Source: an uncultured delta proteobacterium (GTDB lineage Bacteria > Myxococcota_A > Polyangia > Fen-1088). Taken from it: DNA of 64,000 nt. Each line of letters opens with the position of its first letter. Position 1 is the stretch's first letter. The position numbers and the translations under genes were made by a program. Positions 48,996 to 58,632 of this stretch are shown piece by piece. The stretch covers positions 160,001 through 224,000 of the forward strand of contig CAVWIP010000008.1 in the NCBI GenBank assembly GCA_963755125.1, read 5' to 3'. Below the pieces are notes generated by a model. The model made no database searches and had not been told where the DNA came from. It worked only from the letters and a program-made list of their open reading frames with translations.

Positions 48996-50681
48996 CTAAC
49001 TCCGTAAACTAATCCAACGCGCAGCCAGCACGCGGTCACCGACTGCGGGTGCGACATCGGAAACTGCCGGCTGGAACGCGGCCGCGCCTCGCTTGAAAAG
49101 CAGCGGGCGCTCCGACACCGTCGCGACGGTTTCCGCCTCACCTCGTCCGTCCAGCTTGCGGTCCACGATGAGAAGCAGGCGATCCTGCACGATGAGACCG
49201 CGCACCACACTCGCGTCCAGCGCCGCGCCCACGAAGGTGGGCGCCGATGCCTCGGCCACCGAGATCACGGCGTCTATGCCAAGCGAACGCTGCATCTTGG
49301 CGGCCAGGTTCGCGTCGAACACCCGAGCCACCACCCGACAGTTCGGGCAGGCCTGCTTGGTAGCCAGCGCGATGCTGAGATTGGTCAGATCGTCGCTGGT
49401 CAAGGCGAGCACGGTCTTGGCTCCTGCCAGACCCGCGCGGCGCAGGCTTTCGGCGGCACCCGCATTGCCTACCACCACCGGCGCCAAGGTGCGGGCCGGG
49501 CCCAGAAAGTCCGCTGTCTCGCTGCTTTCGATGGCCACCGCATTTTCGCCCAGGCGGGATAGCTCGCGCAGCACGCGAAAGCCGGTATGGCCCAAACCCG
49601 CGACAATCACGTGGTCTCTCTGGCGGACCACCCCGCGCGCCAGCAGGTCGCCGAAGCGCGTGCGCAGCAAGAGGTCAGTCAACATGCTGAAGATCACCGC
49701 AAACAAGGCGCCGCCCGAGATCATGACCAGGGTTCCGTAGAGCTTCACCAGCGGCCGCGCGGTCTGAAGATTGATGTCGCCGAAGCCCGTGGTCGTCAGC
49801 GTGGTGATTACAAAGTAGTAGGCGTCCACGGGCGACAGGCCGAGCGCCACGTGGAAGACGCCCACACTGACCCCCACCAAGGCCAGAAGCACGCAGAGAG
49901 AGAAGCGCAGACCGCGCGGCGTGCAGATCCACCATTCGCGCAAGCCACGCAGCAGCGTGGTCAAGCTGCGCAGCACTCGCGGGCGGCGCGGTCCGCTGGC
50001 GACACGAGTGAGCGTGATCAAGCCGTCTCCCGCGGCTACGACTTCGTTGGCGTGTGGTTCTGAAAAGAACTGGCCGCAACGTTCATGCGCCACGACCACG
50101 CAACCCAAAGACGCCATTTCGCCGAGCGAGCGACCTAGCCAGGGCGCGTCCGCAGCAACAGTGAGCTTCTCCATGACCCAGGAGTCCCCGCCCGCCTCGA
50201 ACGTGCTCAGGACCGTATCCCTCAGCGCCGCGGCCACGAACGCCGGAGCCGCCAGCGCAGAGGCTGAATAGCCCTGGCGGATGCCCAGGGATGCGCGCAG
50301 GTGGCTTGCCAGATCCTGATCGAACAGGCGCACCACGACGGGCACCGCCGGCGCCACCTGCCGCGCGTGCAGCGCGATGATCACGTTCACCAGATCGTCG
50401 TCGGTGGCCGCTATCAACGCCTTGGCGCGGGCGAGGCCGCCTTGGGCCAGCAATCCCTCGTCGCGGGCATCTCCCTTGAGAATACGCAGATCCTCGTCGG
50501 GCGCCGGATGCCGCGCATCCGCCAGCGAAGACAACGTGATCACCGTAACTCGCTCGCCGAGACGGCGAAGCAGGTCCAGAATTCCACACCCGATTCGGCC
50601 CAGCCCGCAAAGCACTACATGACCACCCTCCGTCGAGGCAGCCTGACGGGAAACGCCTGGCTCCGTAGTCATCGTGCCCAT
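48996..50681 (-). CDS. Potassium channel-like protein with two TrkA-N/RCK domains
   Basis: GLGRIG and GLGHTG Rossmann motifs; pore TTTGFGD between two TM helices. Confidence 0.88.
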   Translation of the reverse strand: MGTMTTEPGVSRQAASTEGGHVVLCGLGRIGCGILDLLRRLGERVTVITLSSLADARHPAPDEDLRILKGDARDEGLLAQGGLARAKALIAATDDDLVNVIIALHARQVAPAVPVVVRLFDQDLASHLRASLGIRQGYSASALAAPAFVAAALRDTVLSTFEAGGDSWVMEKLTVAADAPWLGRSLGEMASLGCVVVAHERCGQFFSEPHANEVVAAGDGLITLTRVASGPRRPRVLRSLTTLLRGLREWWICTPRGLRFSLCVLLALVGVSVGVFHVALGLSPVDAYYFVITTLTTTGFGDINLQTARPLVKLYGTLVMISGGALFAVIFSMLTDLLLRTRFGDLLARGVVRQRDHVIVAGLGHTGFRVLRELSRLGENAVAIESSETADFLGPARTLAPVVVGNAGAAESLRRAGLAGAKTVLALTSDDLTNLSIALATKQACPNCRVVARVFDANLAAKMQRSLGIDAVISVAEASAPTFVGAALDASVVRGLIVQDRLLLIVDRKLDGRGEAETVATVSERPLLFKRGAAAFQPAVSDVAPAVGDRVLAARWISLRS

Positions 50682-50690
50682 AATGTCACG

Positions 50691-51197
50691 CTATAGCCCT
50701 AGGGTCGCGCCCCGCCGGTGGCGGGCGTGGCAGATCGCGATGGCCAGGGCGTCGGCCGCGTCAGCCTCGGGCGCGCGACGCATGGCCAGCAGGGCGCGCA
50801 CCAGGAAGGCGACCTGGGACTTGCTCGCGCGGCCATGGCCCACGATCGTGCGCTTGACCCGGGCCGGGGCGTAACCGACGACGGGCAAGCCGCGGTCACC
50901 GGCCACGAACAAGGCCACGCCGCGCGCCTCGCCCAGCGCCAGGGTGGCCTGCACATTCTTGCCGTAGAAGGCCTGCTCCATGGCCACCTCGTCCGGGCCC
51001 AACTCGTCGAGCAGTTCGCGTAGCCCGCAGCCGATGGTCAGCAAACGCTGGTTGCGCGGCTGCCGGGGCGGCGCGGAGATCACTCCGCACTCCACATAGG
51101 CAAGCTGCGACTTGCCGACGCGGTCAATGATGCCGTAGCCGAGACGCAGCGTTCCCGGATCGATACCCAGGATGCGGGTGCGGCCTGCTGCGGACAT
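50691..51197 (-). CDS. ruvC: Crossover junction endodeoxyribonuclease RuvC
   Basis: ILGIDPG, MEQAF, ARGV, G.GRASK.QV, DAADALAIAICH. Confidence 0.96.
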   Translation of the reverse strand: MSAAGRTRILGIDPGTLRLGYGIIDRVGKSQLAYVECGVISAPPRQPRNQRLLTIGCGLRELLDELGPDEVAMEQAFYGKNVQATLALGEARGVALFVAGDRGLPVVGYAPARVKRTIVGHGRASKSQVAFLVRALLAMRRAPEADAADALAIAICHARHRRGATLGL

Positions 51198-51215
51198 GCG
51201 TACGGCCGGATTCTG

Positions 51216-51965
51216 CTAGGAGATGTTGGCCAGCGTGCTCTCGTCTACATCCAGATTCGAATACACGTTCTGGACGTCGTCGTGGTCTTCCAGGATGTCG
51301 AGCAGCTTGAGCGCGGATTCGGCTTCCTTGCCCGCAAGGTGCGTCTTGTTCTGCGGCACCATGGTGACCTCGGCCGAGGCCGGGTCAGGCATGCCGGCTT
51401 TCTTCAGGCCGTCGCGAATGCGCTCGAATTCCTTGGGCTCGGTGATGACGGTGAACACCTCATCCTCGCTGCGCACGTCATCGGCACCCAGTTCGATGGC
51501 CGCGTCGGTCAACTTGTTCTCGTCGACCTGCGCCTTTTCGTACACGATCACGCCTTGCTTCTTGAACATCCAGGCCACTGAACCCGAGCCCGCCAGGTTG
51601 CCATTGGCCTTGGTGAGCAAGTTGCGGATCTCGCCGGTGGTCCGGTTGCGATTGTCGGTCATGATTTCGGCTAGGATGGCTACGCCGCCCGGGCCAAAAA
51701 CCTCGTAGGTGAACTCTTCGTAGGTCACACCTTCCAACTCGCCCGTGCCCTTCTTGATGGCGCGGTCGATGGTGTCGTTCGGCATGTTCTGGCCGCGAGC
51801 CTTGTCCACCGCCGAGCGCAAGCGGGGATTGCCGTTGATGTCACCACCGCCAAGTCTGGCCGAGATGGTGATCTCCTTGATGACCTTGGTCCAGACCTTC
51901 GACTTCTTGGAGTCGGAGGCCTCTTTCTTGTGCTTGATCTTCGACCATCTGTTGTGACCGGACAT
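51216..51965 (-). CDS. yebC: YebC/PmpR family protein
   Basis: [35 protein letters not shown]. Confidence 0.96.
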   Translation of the reverse strand: MSGHNRWSKIKHKKEASDSKKSKVWTKVIKEITISARLGGGDINGNPRLRSAVDKARGQNMPNDTIDRAIKKGTGELEGVTYEEFTYEVFGPGGVAILAEIMTDNRNRTTGEIRNLLTKANGNLAGSGSVAWMFKKQGVIVYEKAQVDENKLTDAAIELGADDVRSEDEVFTVITEPKEFERIRDGLKKAGMPDPASAEVTMVPQNKTHLAGKEAESALKLLDILEDHDDVQNVYSNLDVDESTLANIS

Positions 51966-52059
51966 GCTGGCTTTGTAGCACTTTTCATTCGCAAATGCCC
52001 CGCTTGCGGGCGCCAAAATCGCCCGTTCGACGCCACGCTGCGCTATGATGGGGAGCGCG

Positions 52060-53277
52060 CTACCAGCCTGGGGTCGGCGTCTCGGGCGCGTTGGTCCAGG
52101 CGCTGGGCTGATCACAGGCGTCGACTGAAACCCGATGCACGCTCATGCCGTTCCAGGCCGAGGCGCTGACGTTGACCCAGCCCCCGTACTCACTGATCGT
52201 TGTGCCATCCGGACTGACGAGGGAGATTGGCGCGCCGTTGTTTGAGAGCCCGTCGATTCCAATCCGGCCTGACACGCGGACGATCGCCGTGCCGTCCCGC
52301 GGCACCGGATCCTTGCCGTCATCCATTAGGAAATCGGCCGACACAACCAGTGCGAAGCCGCCGGCCGGAACGTCCATATCGGGCAAGACATCACTGCCGG
52401 CCTTGTCTTCGATGAGCATGCCTGCCAGCGACACCGGCCCGGCCTCCAGGTTCTCCAATTCGACGAACTCCTGCGTGTACTCGGAGCCAGCGGGATTGGC
52501 CAGCACTTCGGTGATGACCAAGCGAGGTTCCTGTGGCGGCAGGTGCAGCGCGACCGCCGAAGAATCGGCGCTGTTGCCGGCGCGATCCGTGGCACGCGCG
52601 ACGGCCTGAGCGTCCACATTAGCCGGCAGATTGGGCAAGTGCGTGAGCAGATCGAACTTGGTGCCAATCGCGCCCATGTCCAGGCTGGCCGCTTGATCAC
52701 CAGCCGTGATGATAACCTCGGCCCACGCCGGCTCGTCGGTCATGAACTGCGCCTGCACACAGCCTGCGATGACGGTCATCGCGAAACCGGCTATCAGGGG
52801 CGCATACTCGTCGGGGGCGTCAGCGGTCGTGAACGAGCCAACCTGGCCAGCAGGAACCGGCTTGCCGCCTTCGAAGTGCAAAGCATCAGCGCCGATCTCG
52901 ACCACATACGAAGCGGTCGGCTGCAGCACACCGGCCGGCATGGCCGCATAGCAGGTGCCATTGCAGGGCACGAGATCCCCCAACGCGAGCGTCACCTCGG
53001 TACCGTCGTTCGCCCGGAGTTTGAACGAAGCACTCGGGTCGGGAACCTGCAAAGGTTCCGAAAAGAGAAGGATGACCTTGGCCAGATTTGGGGGCACCTG
53101 TGTAGCGCCGGCGGGCGGGTCGACCAACTCTGGCAGGCCCAATACGAAGCCCGCATCGCTGGCCGTCGTCCCGCCAGTCGCGGTGCTGGACGCACGCCGT
53201 TCCGCGTTCAGGTCGGTGTTCGGTGAACAGGCGAAACAGGCCAGCAGCACGACAGAGCCAAGGTGCGAAGAAGGCAT
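52060..53277 (-). CDS. Putative lipoprotein with Ig-like and lamin-tail domains
   Basis: Lipobox-like ACFAC, LLFSEPL Ig-like segment, [21 protein letters not shown] lamin-tail signature. Confidence 0.75.
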   Translation of the reverse strand: MPSSHLGSVVLLACFACSPNTDLNAERRASSTATGGTTASDAGFVLGLPELVDPPAGATQVPPNLAKVILLFSEPLQVPDPSASFKLRANDGTEVTLALGDLVPCNGTCYAAMPAGVLQPTASYVVEIGADALHFEGGKPVPAGQVGSFTTADAPDEYAPLIAGFAMTVIAGCVQAQFMTDEPAWAEVIITAGDQAASLDMGAIGTKFDLLTHLPNLPANVDAQAVARATDRAGNSADSSAVALHLPPQEPRLVITEVLANPAGSEYTQEFVELENLEAGPVSLAGMLIEDKAGSDVLPDMDVPAGGFALVVSADFLMDDGKDPVPRDGTAIVRVSGRIGIDGLSNNGAPISLVSPDGTTISEYGGWVNVSASAWNGMSVHRVSVDACDQPSAWTNAPETPTPGW

Positions 53278-53367
53278 CGAGTGCTTTATCGGACGGCCCC
53301 ATCCAGAGTTGCTCATCGACCGCGCCCATCCTGTACGAAAGCCGCTATATACTCGCAGCCACCAACC

Positions 53368-53985
53368 ATGAAACCCCACCCCGATCTCATCCTGGCCTCT
53401 GCATCGCCGCGCCGGCGTGAGTTGCTCGAACTTCTCGGTCTGGTGCTGCGGATCGAGCCCGTGGACGTGGATGAGACGCCAGCGCCGGGCGAAAAAGCGC
53501 GCGCCTACGCGCAGCGCCTGGCGGCCGAGAAAGGCGAAGCGGCGCTGACCAGACTCGGCCAGGAAACCCTGCCGGTTCTGACCGCGGACACGGTGGTCGT
53601 TGTGGGCGACGACATCTTGGGCAAGCCGGCCAACCAGGACGAGGCAGCGGCCATGCTGCGCCGGCTGGCGGGCCGGCGCCACGAAGTGATGACCGCATAC
53701 CGCGCGCGCTTCGGCGGCCGCATGGTCGAGCGCGTGGTCAGCACCGGCGTGAGCTTTCGCTCGCTCGACCCGGCTGAACTACGCGCCTATCTCGATTGCG
53801 GCGAATGGCAGGGGAAGGCCGGGGCCTACGCCATTCAGGGCATCGCGGGCGCTTTCGCCATCGAGGTGCACGGGTCGTTTTCCAACGTGGTGGGATTGCC
53901 GCTGGCGGAAGTGATAGCCGATCTGCGCGCACTTGAGGCCCTGCCCGGCTATCCACCCAGCGCCTTCGGAGGAAGCGCCCGGTGA
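53368..53985 (+). CDS. maf: Maf-family nucleotide pyrophosphatase
   Basis: LASASPRR, ADTVV, GKP, KAGAYAIQG, NVVGLP. Confidence 0.94.
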   Translation: MKPHPDLILASASPRRRELLELLGLVLRIEPVDVDETPAPGEKARAYAQRLAAEKGEAALTRLGQETLPVLTADTVVVVGDDILGKPANQDEAAAMLRRLAGRRHEVMTAYRARFGGRMVERVVSTGVSFRSLDPAELRAYLDCGEWQGKAGAYAIQGIAGAFAIEVHGSFSNVVGLPLAEVIADLRALEALPGYPPSAFGGSAR

Positions 53986-54710
53986 ATCGCGCGGAGCAAA
54001 TCGCCGCCAACCTGCACCAGGTACGCACGCGCATCGCGCGAGCCGAGGCCAGCGCCGGTCGGATAGCAGGCAGCGCGCGCCTGGTGGCAGTCAGCAAGAC
54101 CGTGGCAGCGGCGGACGTCCTGGCTGCCTTGGCCGCTGGCCAGCAGGATTTTGGCGAAAGCTATGGGCAGGAGTTCCGCGACAAGCTGGTGGAGGTCGAT
54201 GCCGCCGCACAAGCCGCGAGCTTGCCGCGGCCTCGCTGGCACTTCATCGGCCCGCTGCAAACCAACAAGGTCAAGTACGTGGCTGGCAAGGCAACCCTGA
54301 TCCATTCCACCGAGGCGGGCGACGTGCTGGCGGAAATCGAGCGGCGCGTGGGTACGCTAGCCCCGACGGCGCGTCAGGATTGCCTGATTCAGGTCAACGT
54401 GGCCGGCGAGCTGCAGAAGCACGGCGTGCCGCCAACTGCGCTCCCAGCGCTGCTGGCCAGCTTTGCCCGGCTCGGCCACCTGCGCTGCACCGGCCTGATG
54501 GTCATTCCCCCGTACAGCGACGATCCCGAGGAGTCACGGCCTTTCTTCGCGGCCCTGCGCCGCCTGCGCGACGAGCAGGCTGCCATCAGCCGGGCCAACG
54601 TCCACCTGACCGAGCTGTCCATCGGCATGAGCCACGACCTGGAGGTCGCGGTGGCTGAGGGCGCGACCCTGGTGCGCGTGGGCACGGCCGTCTTCGGCGA
54701 GCGCCGGTAG
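53982..54710 (+). CDS. yggS: YggS-family PLP homeostasis protein
   Basis: VAVSK, WHFIGPLQTNK, GMSHD, VRVGTAVFG. Confidence 0.94.
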   Translation: MNRAEQIAANLHQVRTRIARAEASAGRIAGSARLVAVSKTVAAADVLAALAAGQQDFGESYGQEFRDKLVEVDAAAQAASLPRPRWHFIGPLQTNKVKYVAGKATLIHSTEAGDVLAEIERRVGTLAPTARQDCLIQVNVAGELQKHGVPPTALPALLASFARLGHLRCTGLMVIPPYSDDPEESRPFFAALRRLRDEQAAISRANVHLTELSIGMSHDLEVAVAEGATLVRVGTAVFGERR

Positions 54711-54811
54711 GGCCCACACCACGCGCCATGCGGCCGCGGCGCTGCCCGCCCGGCCCTGATTCGTGCAACGCTCCGGACCGGTTTGACTTCGCCAGCAACA
54801 GGGAGTAGCAA

Positions 54812-54935
54812 TCTCGCCGCCAAATCCGGTCTCGCCGGAACGGGGGAACCGAATCGTTCTGGGGCGAAGTGCCAGTCAGCACCGGGGGACCGCCTCCTTC
54901 CGAGCCCGTCAGCTAACCTCGTAGGCAGAAGAGGC
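54812..54935 (+). ncRNA. Cyclic di-AMP riboswitch (ydaO/yuaA)
   Basis: Ordered conserved blocks AATCC..GGAACGGGGGAACC..TGGGGCGAA..CCGAGCCCGTCAGCTAACCTCGTAGGC in the 5' leader of a KimA-like gene. Confidence 0.88.
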
Positions 54936-54968
54936 CCCGAAGGACGGGGGGCCGGTCAAGAAAGCTGA

Positions 54969-57029
54969 ATGAGTAGTAACCAGACGACCGGGCCGGAAGA
55001 CAAGGCGTCCCTGCTGGAAACGGGGTGGCGGGTCATGATGGGGCGACCGCGGGACTTCAGGGATCCCGGTGTCTTCCACAAGATCTCGCTGGTGGCGTTC
55101 CTGGCCTGGGTGGGCATGGGCGCCGACGGATTGTCATCCTCGGCCTACGGCCCTGATGAGTCTTTCCGCTCCCTGCTTGAGCACGGAAACACCACCTATC
55201 TGGCGGTGTTCATGGCCGTGGCCACGGCGCTGACCGTGTTCGTGATGTCCTACGCCTACAGCCGGATCATCGAGCACTTCCCCACCGGCGGCGGCGGCTA
55301 CGTGGTGGCGAGCAAGCTGCTCGGCGAGAAGGCCGGCCTTCTGTCCGGCTCGGCGCTACTGGTCGACTACATCCTCACCATCACGGTGTCCATCGCCTCG
55401 GGCGGCGACGCCGTTTTCAACATGTTGCCGCTGACCTGGCACGCATGGAAGCTGCCCATCGAGTTTGCCGTCATCACGCTTCTCATCGTCCTCAACATAC
55501 GCGGCGTGAAGGAGTCGGTGACACCCCTGGTGCCGATCTTCATGGTCTTCGTTCTCACGCACCTCGTGTTGATTCTGGGCGGCCTCGGTTCACACCTCGG
55601 TCATGCGCCGGAAGTGGCCGCCAACCTCACGCGCGAGTTCTCGCAGAGCATCCACAGCTACGGTGCGTTCGGCGTGTTCATCATCTTCATGACCGCCTAC
55701 TCCCGAGGCGCCGGCACGTACACCGGCATCGAAGCCGTGTCGAACGGCCTGCAGATGATGCGCGAGCCGCGGGTGACCACTGGCAAACGCACCATGGTCT
55801 ACCTCTCCGTGTCGCTGGCTTTCACCGCTGGCGGCATCCTGCTCTGCTATCTCCTCTTCGGCATCCGTCCCCAAGAGGGCAAGACCCTGAACGGTGTGTT
55901 GGTGGAGGCCTTCGCCGCAAACTGGTACGTGCTCGGTGTGCCGGTCGGCAAGGCGTTCGTGGTCATCGCGCTGGCGTCCGAGGGTGCCCTGCTGTTCGTG
56001 GCGGCGCAGACCGGCTTCATCGACGGGCCGCGGGTCATGTCCAATATGGCTGTCGACTCGTGGTTGCCCCGACGTTTCTCGTCTCTGTCCGATCGCCTGA
56101 CGACCAAAGACGGCGTCGTGATGCTCGGGCTGGCGGCGATCGCCCTGCTCCTGTTCACCCACGGCAACGTGGACGCGTTGGTGACCATGTACGCCATCAA
56201 CGTGTTCATCACTTTCTCTCTCTCGCAGCTCGGCATGTGCCGTTTCTGGCTGCGTGAGCGGGCCCGCGACGCGAAGTGGATGCGTCACATCCTGGTTCAC
56301 GTCGTCGGACTGGTCATGTGCCTGTCGATCCTCACATTCACCATTGTCCTCAAGTTCTCCCAGGGCGCCTGGCTGACTCTACTGGTGACCACCGCCCTCA
56401 TCGTGGTGTGCCTCCTGGTCAAGTCCCACTACCGCGAGGTCGCGCGCCAACTGGCCTTGCTCGATGCTGACCTGAACAACCTGGTGGGGCTCGACGGGAA
56501 CGGCGGCGAGCCGGATCCCAGCAAGCCCACCGCGGTCCTGCTGGTGGGAAAATACGGCGGTCTGGGCGTACACTCCATGCTCTCTATCCAGCGCACCTAC
56601 CCCGGCTACTTCGCCAACCTGGTGTTCGTCTCGGTGGCCGTGCACGACACCGGAACGTTCAAGGGCGCCGCCGAGGTCGATTCGCTGCGCCTCCGCGTGG
56701 AGGAAACTCTGCAGAAATACGTGGCTCTCGCCAAGGGTCTGGGCTGGAACTCCAGCTACCGAATGGCCGAAGGTCTGGACGCGGTGTACGAAGCCAGCCG
56801 CCTGTGCATCAGGATTGCGGACGAGTTTCCTCGCGTGGTCTTCTTCGCCGGCAAGCTCATCTGGAAACGCGAGACCTGGATGCAGCGGATTCTACACAAC
56901 GAGACCGCCTATCAAGTCGAACGCCGCCTGCACTGGAAGGGCCTGCCCATGGCTGTGCTGCCGGTGCGCGTGGGCGACGACGCGCGCACCGCGCCGCTGA
57001 TGCCACGCCCGAAGTCACGGGCCGAGTGA
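54969..57029 (+). CDS. kimA: APC-superfamily K+ transporter, KimA (YdaO)-like
   Basis: ADGLSSSAYGPDE, GGGGY, YILT.TVS, NIRGVKES, TGIEAVSNG, about 12 TM helices and a cytosolic C-domain; riboswitch upstream. Confidence 0.8.
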   Translation: MSSNQTTGPEDKASLLETGWRVMMGRPRDFRDPGVFHKISLVAFLAWVGMGADGLSSSAYGPDESFRSLLEHGNTTYLAVFMAVATALTVFVMSYAYSRIIEHFPTGGGGYVVASKLLGEKAGLLSGSALLVDYILTITVSIASGGDAVFNMLPLTWHAWKLPIEFAVITLLIVLNIRGVKESVTPLVPIFMVFVLTHLVLILGGLGSHLGHAPEVAANLTREFSQSIHSYGAFGVFIIFMTAYSRGAGTYTGIEAVSNGLQMMREPRVTTGKRTMVYLSVSLAFTAGGILLCYLLFGIRPQEGKTLNGVLVEAFAANWYVLGVPVGKAFVVIALASEGALLFVAAQTGFIDGPRVMSNMAVDSWLPRRFSSLSDRLTTKDGVVMLGLAAIALLLFTHGNVDALVTMYAINVFITFSLSQLGMCRFWLRERARDAKWMRHILVHVVGLVMCLSILTFTIVLKFSQGAWLTLLVTTALIVVCLLVKSHYREVARQLALLDADLNNLVGLDGNGGEPDPSKPTAVLLVGKYGGLGVHSMLSIQRTYPGYFANLVFVSVAVHDTGTFKGAAEVDSLRLRVEETLQKYVALAKGLGWNSSYRMAEGLDAVYEASRLCIRIADEFPRVVFFAGKLIWKRETWMQRILHNETAYQVERRLHWKGLPMAVLPVRVGDDARTAPLMPRPKSRAE

Positions 57030-57032
57030 GTC

Positions 57033-57075
57033 CTAGCCGCGTGGGGAGCCCGCCGGCCCATGCAGGTGGACGGGC
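57033..57075 (+). repeat. Partial copy D of the two-hairpin repeat
   Basis: CTAGCCGCGTGGGGAGCC identical to 13347-13364. Confidence 0.6.
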
Positions 57076-57105
57076 GCGACAGATGGAGTAACCTCCGACT
57101 GCGCC

Positions 57106-58515
57106 ATGGGCACCCGACGCAACAAGCGATCTGCCGGCCACCTCGGTCGTGGCCTGTTGCTGTCGGTCTTCCTGCACGCACAGGTCATCGTGCCTCTCGT
57201 CGTTTTGGCCTTCATCTACGGCAAGCGCGAGTCAAACGAAGTCGACTTGAGCTTCGAGTCGGTCAAGGACAACGAACTGCCGGCCGGGCTCCCCACCGTC
57301 GAGGAGCCCGTGCCGCCTGAGAAGCGCCCGCACGACAAGAAAACGCAGAGGCTGACACAGTCGGAGAAGGAGCCCGAGCACGAGATTGAACTGCCCCCAC
57401 CGGAGAAACTGCCGCCCATTCCCAAGCCGCAGGAAAAGCCTCTCGCACAGCTTCCGCCTCCCAAGGCAGAAGAGCCGCCCCAGCCCGCGCCCGAACGACT
57501 GCACCAAAAAATTGTCGAACTGGACATGGGCAAGGATGTGGAGGCGCCCGAGAACGCCAAGTACTTGGCCGACAAGAACAACCGGGCCGAAAACGAGACC
57601 CGCGCGCGAGAGACCAACCTGGAACGAGAGCAGGCCGGCCAGGAAGCGCATCCTTCGGACCAGGAAGACAAGATCGCTGCTCTGGAGGACCGCGAGGCAC
57701 GGCCAGAGAAGCGGGCGGGCCAGGGCGGCGAGCGCCCCTTGCCCGAGTCGTTCCGTCCCGAGGCGCCAGGGAAAGCCACACTGTCCATGCGCGGCCCGCG
57801 CAGAGTTGAAAACGAGGAACGGGAAACCATCTCACCCGACGGAACGCGGCTTGTGCCCGATGAGGAACAACGCATGTCGCGCGGCGCGGACGGCGGACGT
57901 GCCGGTCGGCTGCGCCTGACCCGCCGCCAGTACGAATCGGTTTTCGGCACCGACGCCGAGGCCGCAGCAGCGCTGGCCAAAGCCCAGCGATCCCTGCGCA
58001 AGGGCAAGTCCGCCGAGCGGCGCGAGCGGGTGCGCTCCGCTCTTGAGAACTTCATCACCGAGGTCAAGCCGGGCAACCAGACCGCGCTCAACACACGCGC
58101 CGTGCCCTTCGCCCAGTTCATCACGCGCATGCATCGAAAAATCCATGAGCTGTGGGCCTTCGGTTTCATGGCGGGCTTGGACAGCAAGCCTGCCAGCCTG
58201 CCGCTCAACAATCCTTCTCTGCTGGCCAAGCTGGAAATTGTTCTCGACGGCCAAGGGAATGTGGACCGCGTGGCGGTGGTCCGATCGTCGGGGCTGACCA
58301 TCTACGACAGCGCGGCCATCGACGTCGTCTACAGCGCCGCGCCCTACCCCACCCCGCCGCCGACCATTCTGTCGGGCAACGGCAAGGTGTACATCCACTG
58401 GACCTTCCATCGCAATGAGGAAGCCTGCGGCACCGCCGGAGTGGACTACTTCATCCTCAACAACGGTCCCAAGGCTCCCGAAAAGACCGCGCCGTCTGGG
58501 AAGAATGCTGGCTGA
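57106..58515 (+). CDS. TonB/TolA-like protein with C-terminal TonB domain
   Basis: TM anchor SVFLH, Pro/Glu-rich linker, SSG..YD.AA.D..AAPYP.PP. Confidence 0.82.
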   Translation: MGTRRNKRSAGHLGRGLLLSVFLHAQVIVPLVVLAFIYGKRESNEVDLSFESVKDNELPAGLPTVEEPVPPEKRPHDKKTQRLTQSEKEPEHEIELPPPEKLPPIPKPQEKPLAQLPPPKAEEPPQPAPERLHQKIVELDMGKDVEAPENAKYLADKNNRAENETRARETNLEREQAGQEAHPSDQEDKIAALEDREARPEKRAGQGGERPLPESFRPEAPGKATLSMRGPRRVENEERETISPDGTRLVPDEEQRMSRGADGGRAGRLRLTRRQYESVFGTDAEAAAALAKAQRSLRKGKSAERRERVRSALENFITEVKPGNQTALNTRAVPFAQFITRMHRKIHELWAFGFMAGLDSKPASLPLNNPSLLAKLEIVLDGQGNVDRVAVVRSSGLTIYDSAAIDVVYSAAPYPTPPPTILSGNGKVYIHWTFHRNEEACGTAGVDYFILNNGPKAPEKTAPSGKNAG

Positions 58516-58621
58516 AACACAGAAAGCGCAGAGTACGCAGAGCCGGATTGGAAAGGGGAACGGTTGGGCCCGGCTCGCTCCGGACTACTTCCTCCTATCC
58601 GATCTCAGTGTTCTCTGTGGT
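58516..58621. repeat. Second ACACAGA/CTCTGTG inverted-repeat element
   Basis: AACACAGAAAGCGCAGAG...CTCAGTGTTCTCTGTGGT between convergent genes. Confidence 0.55.
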
Positions 58622-58632
58622 GAATAAGCTAA

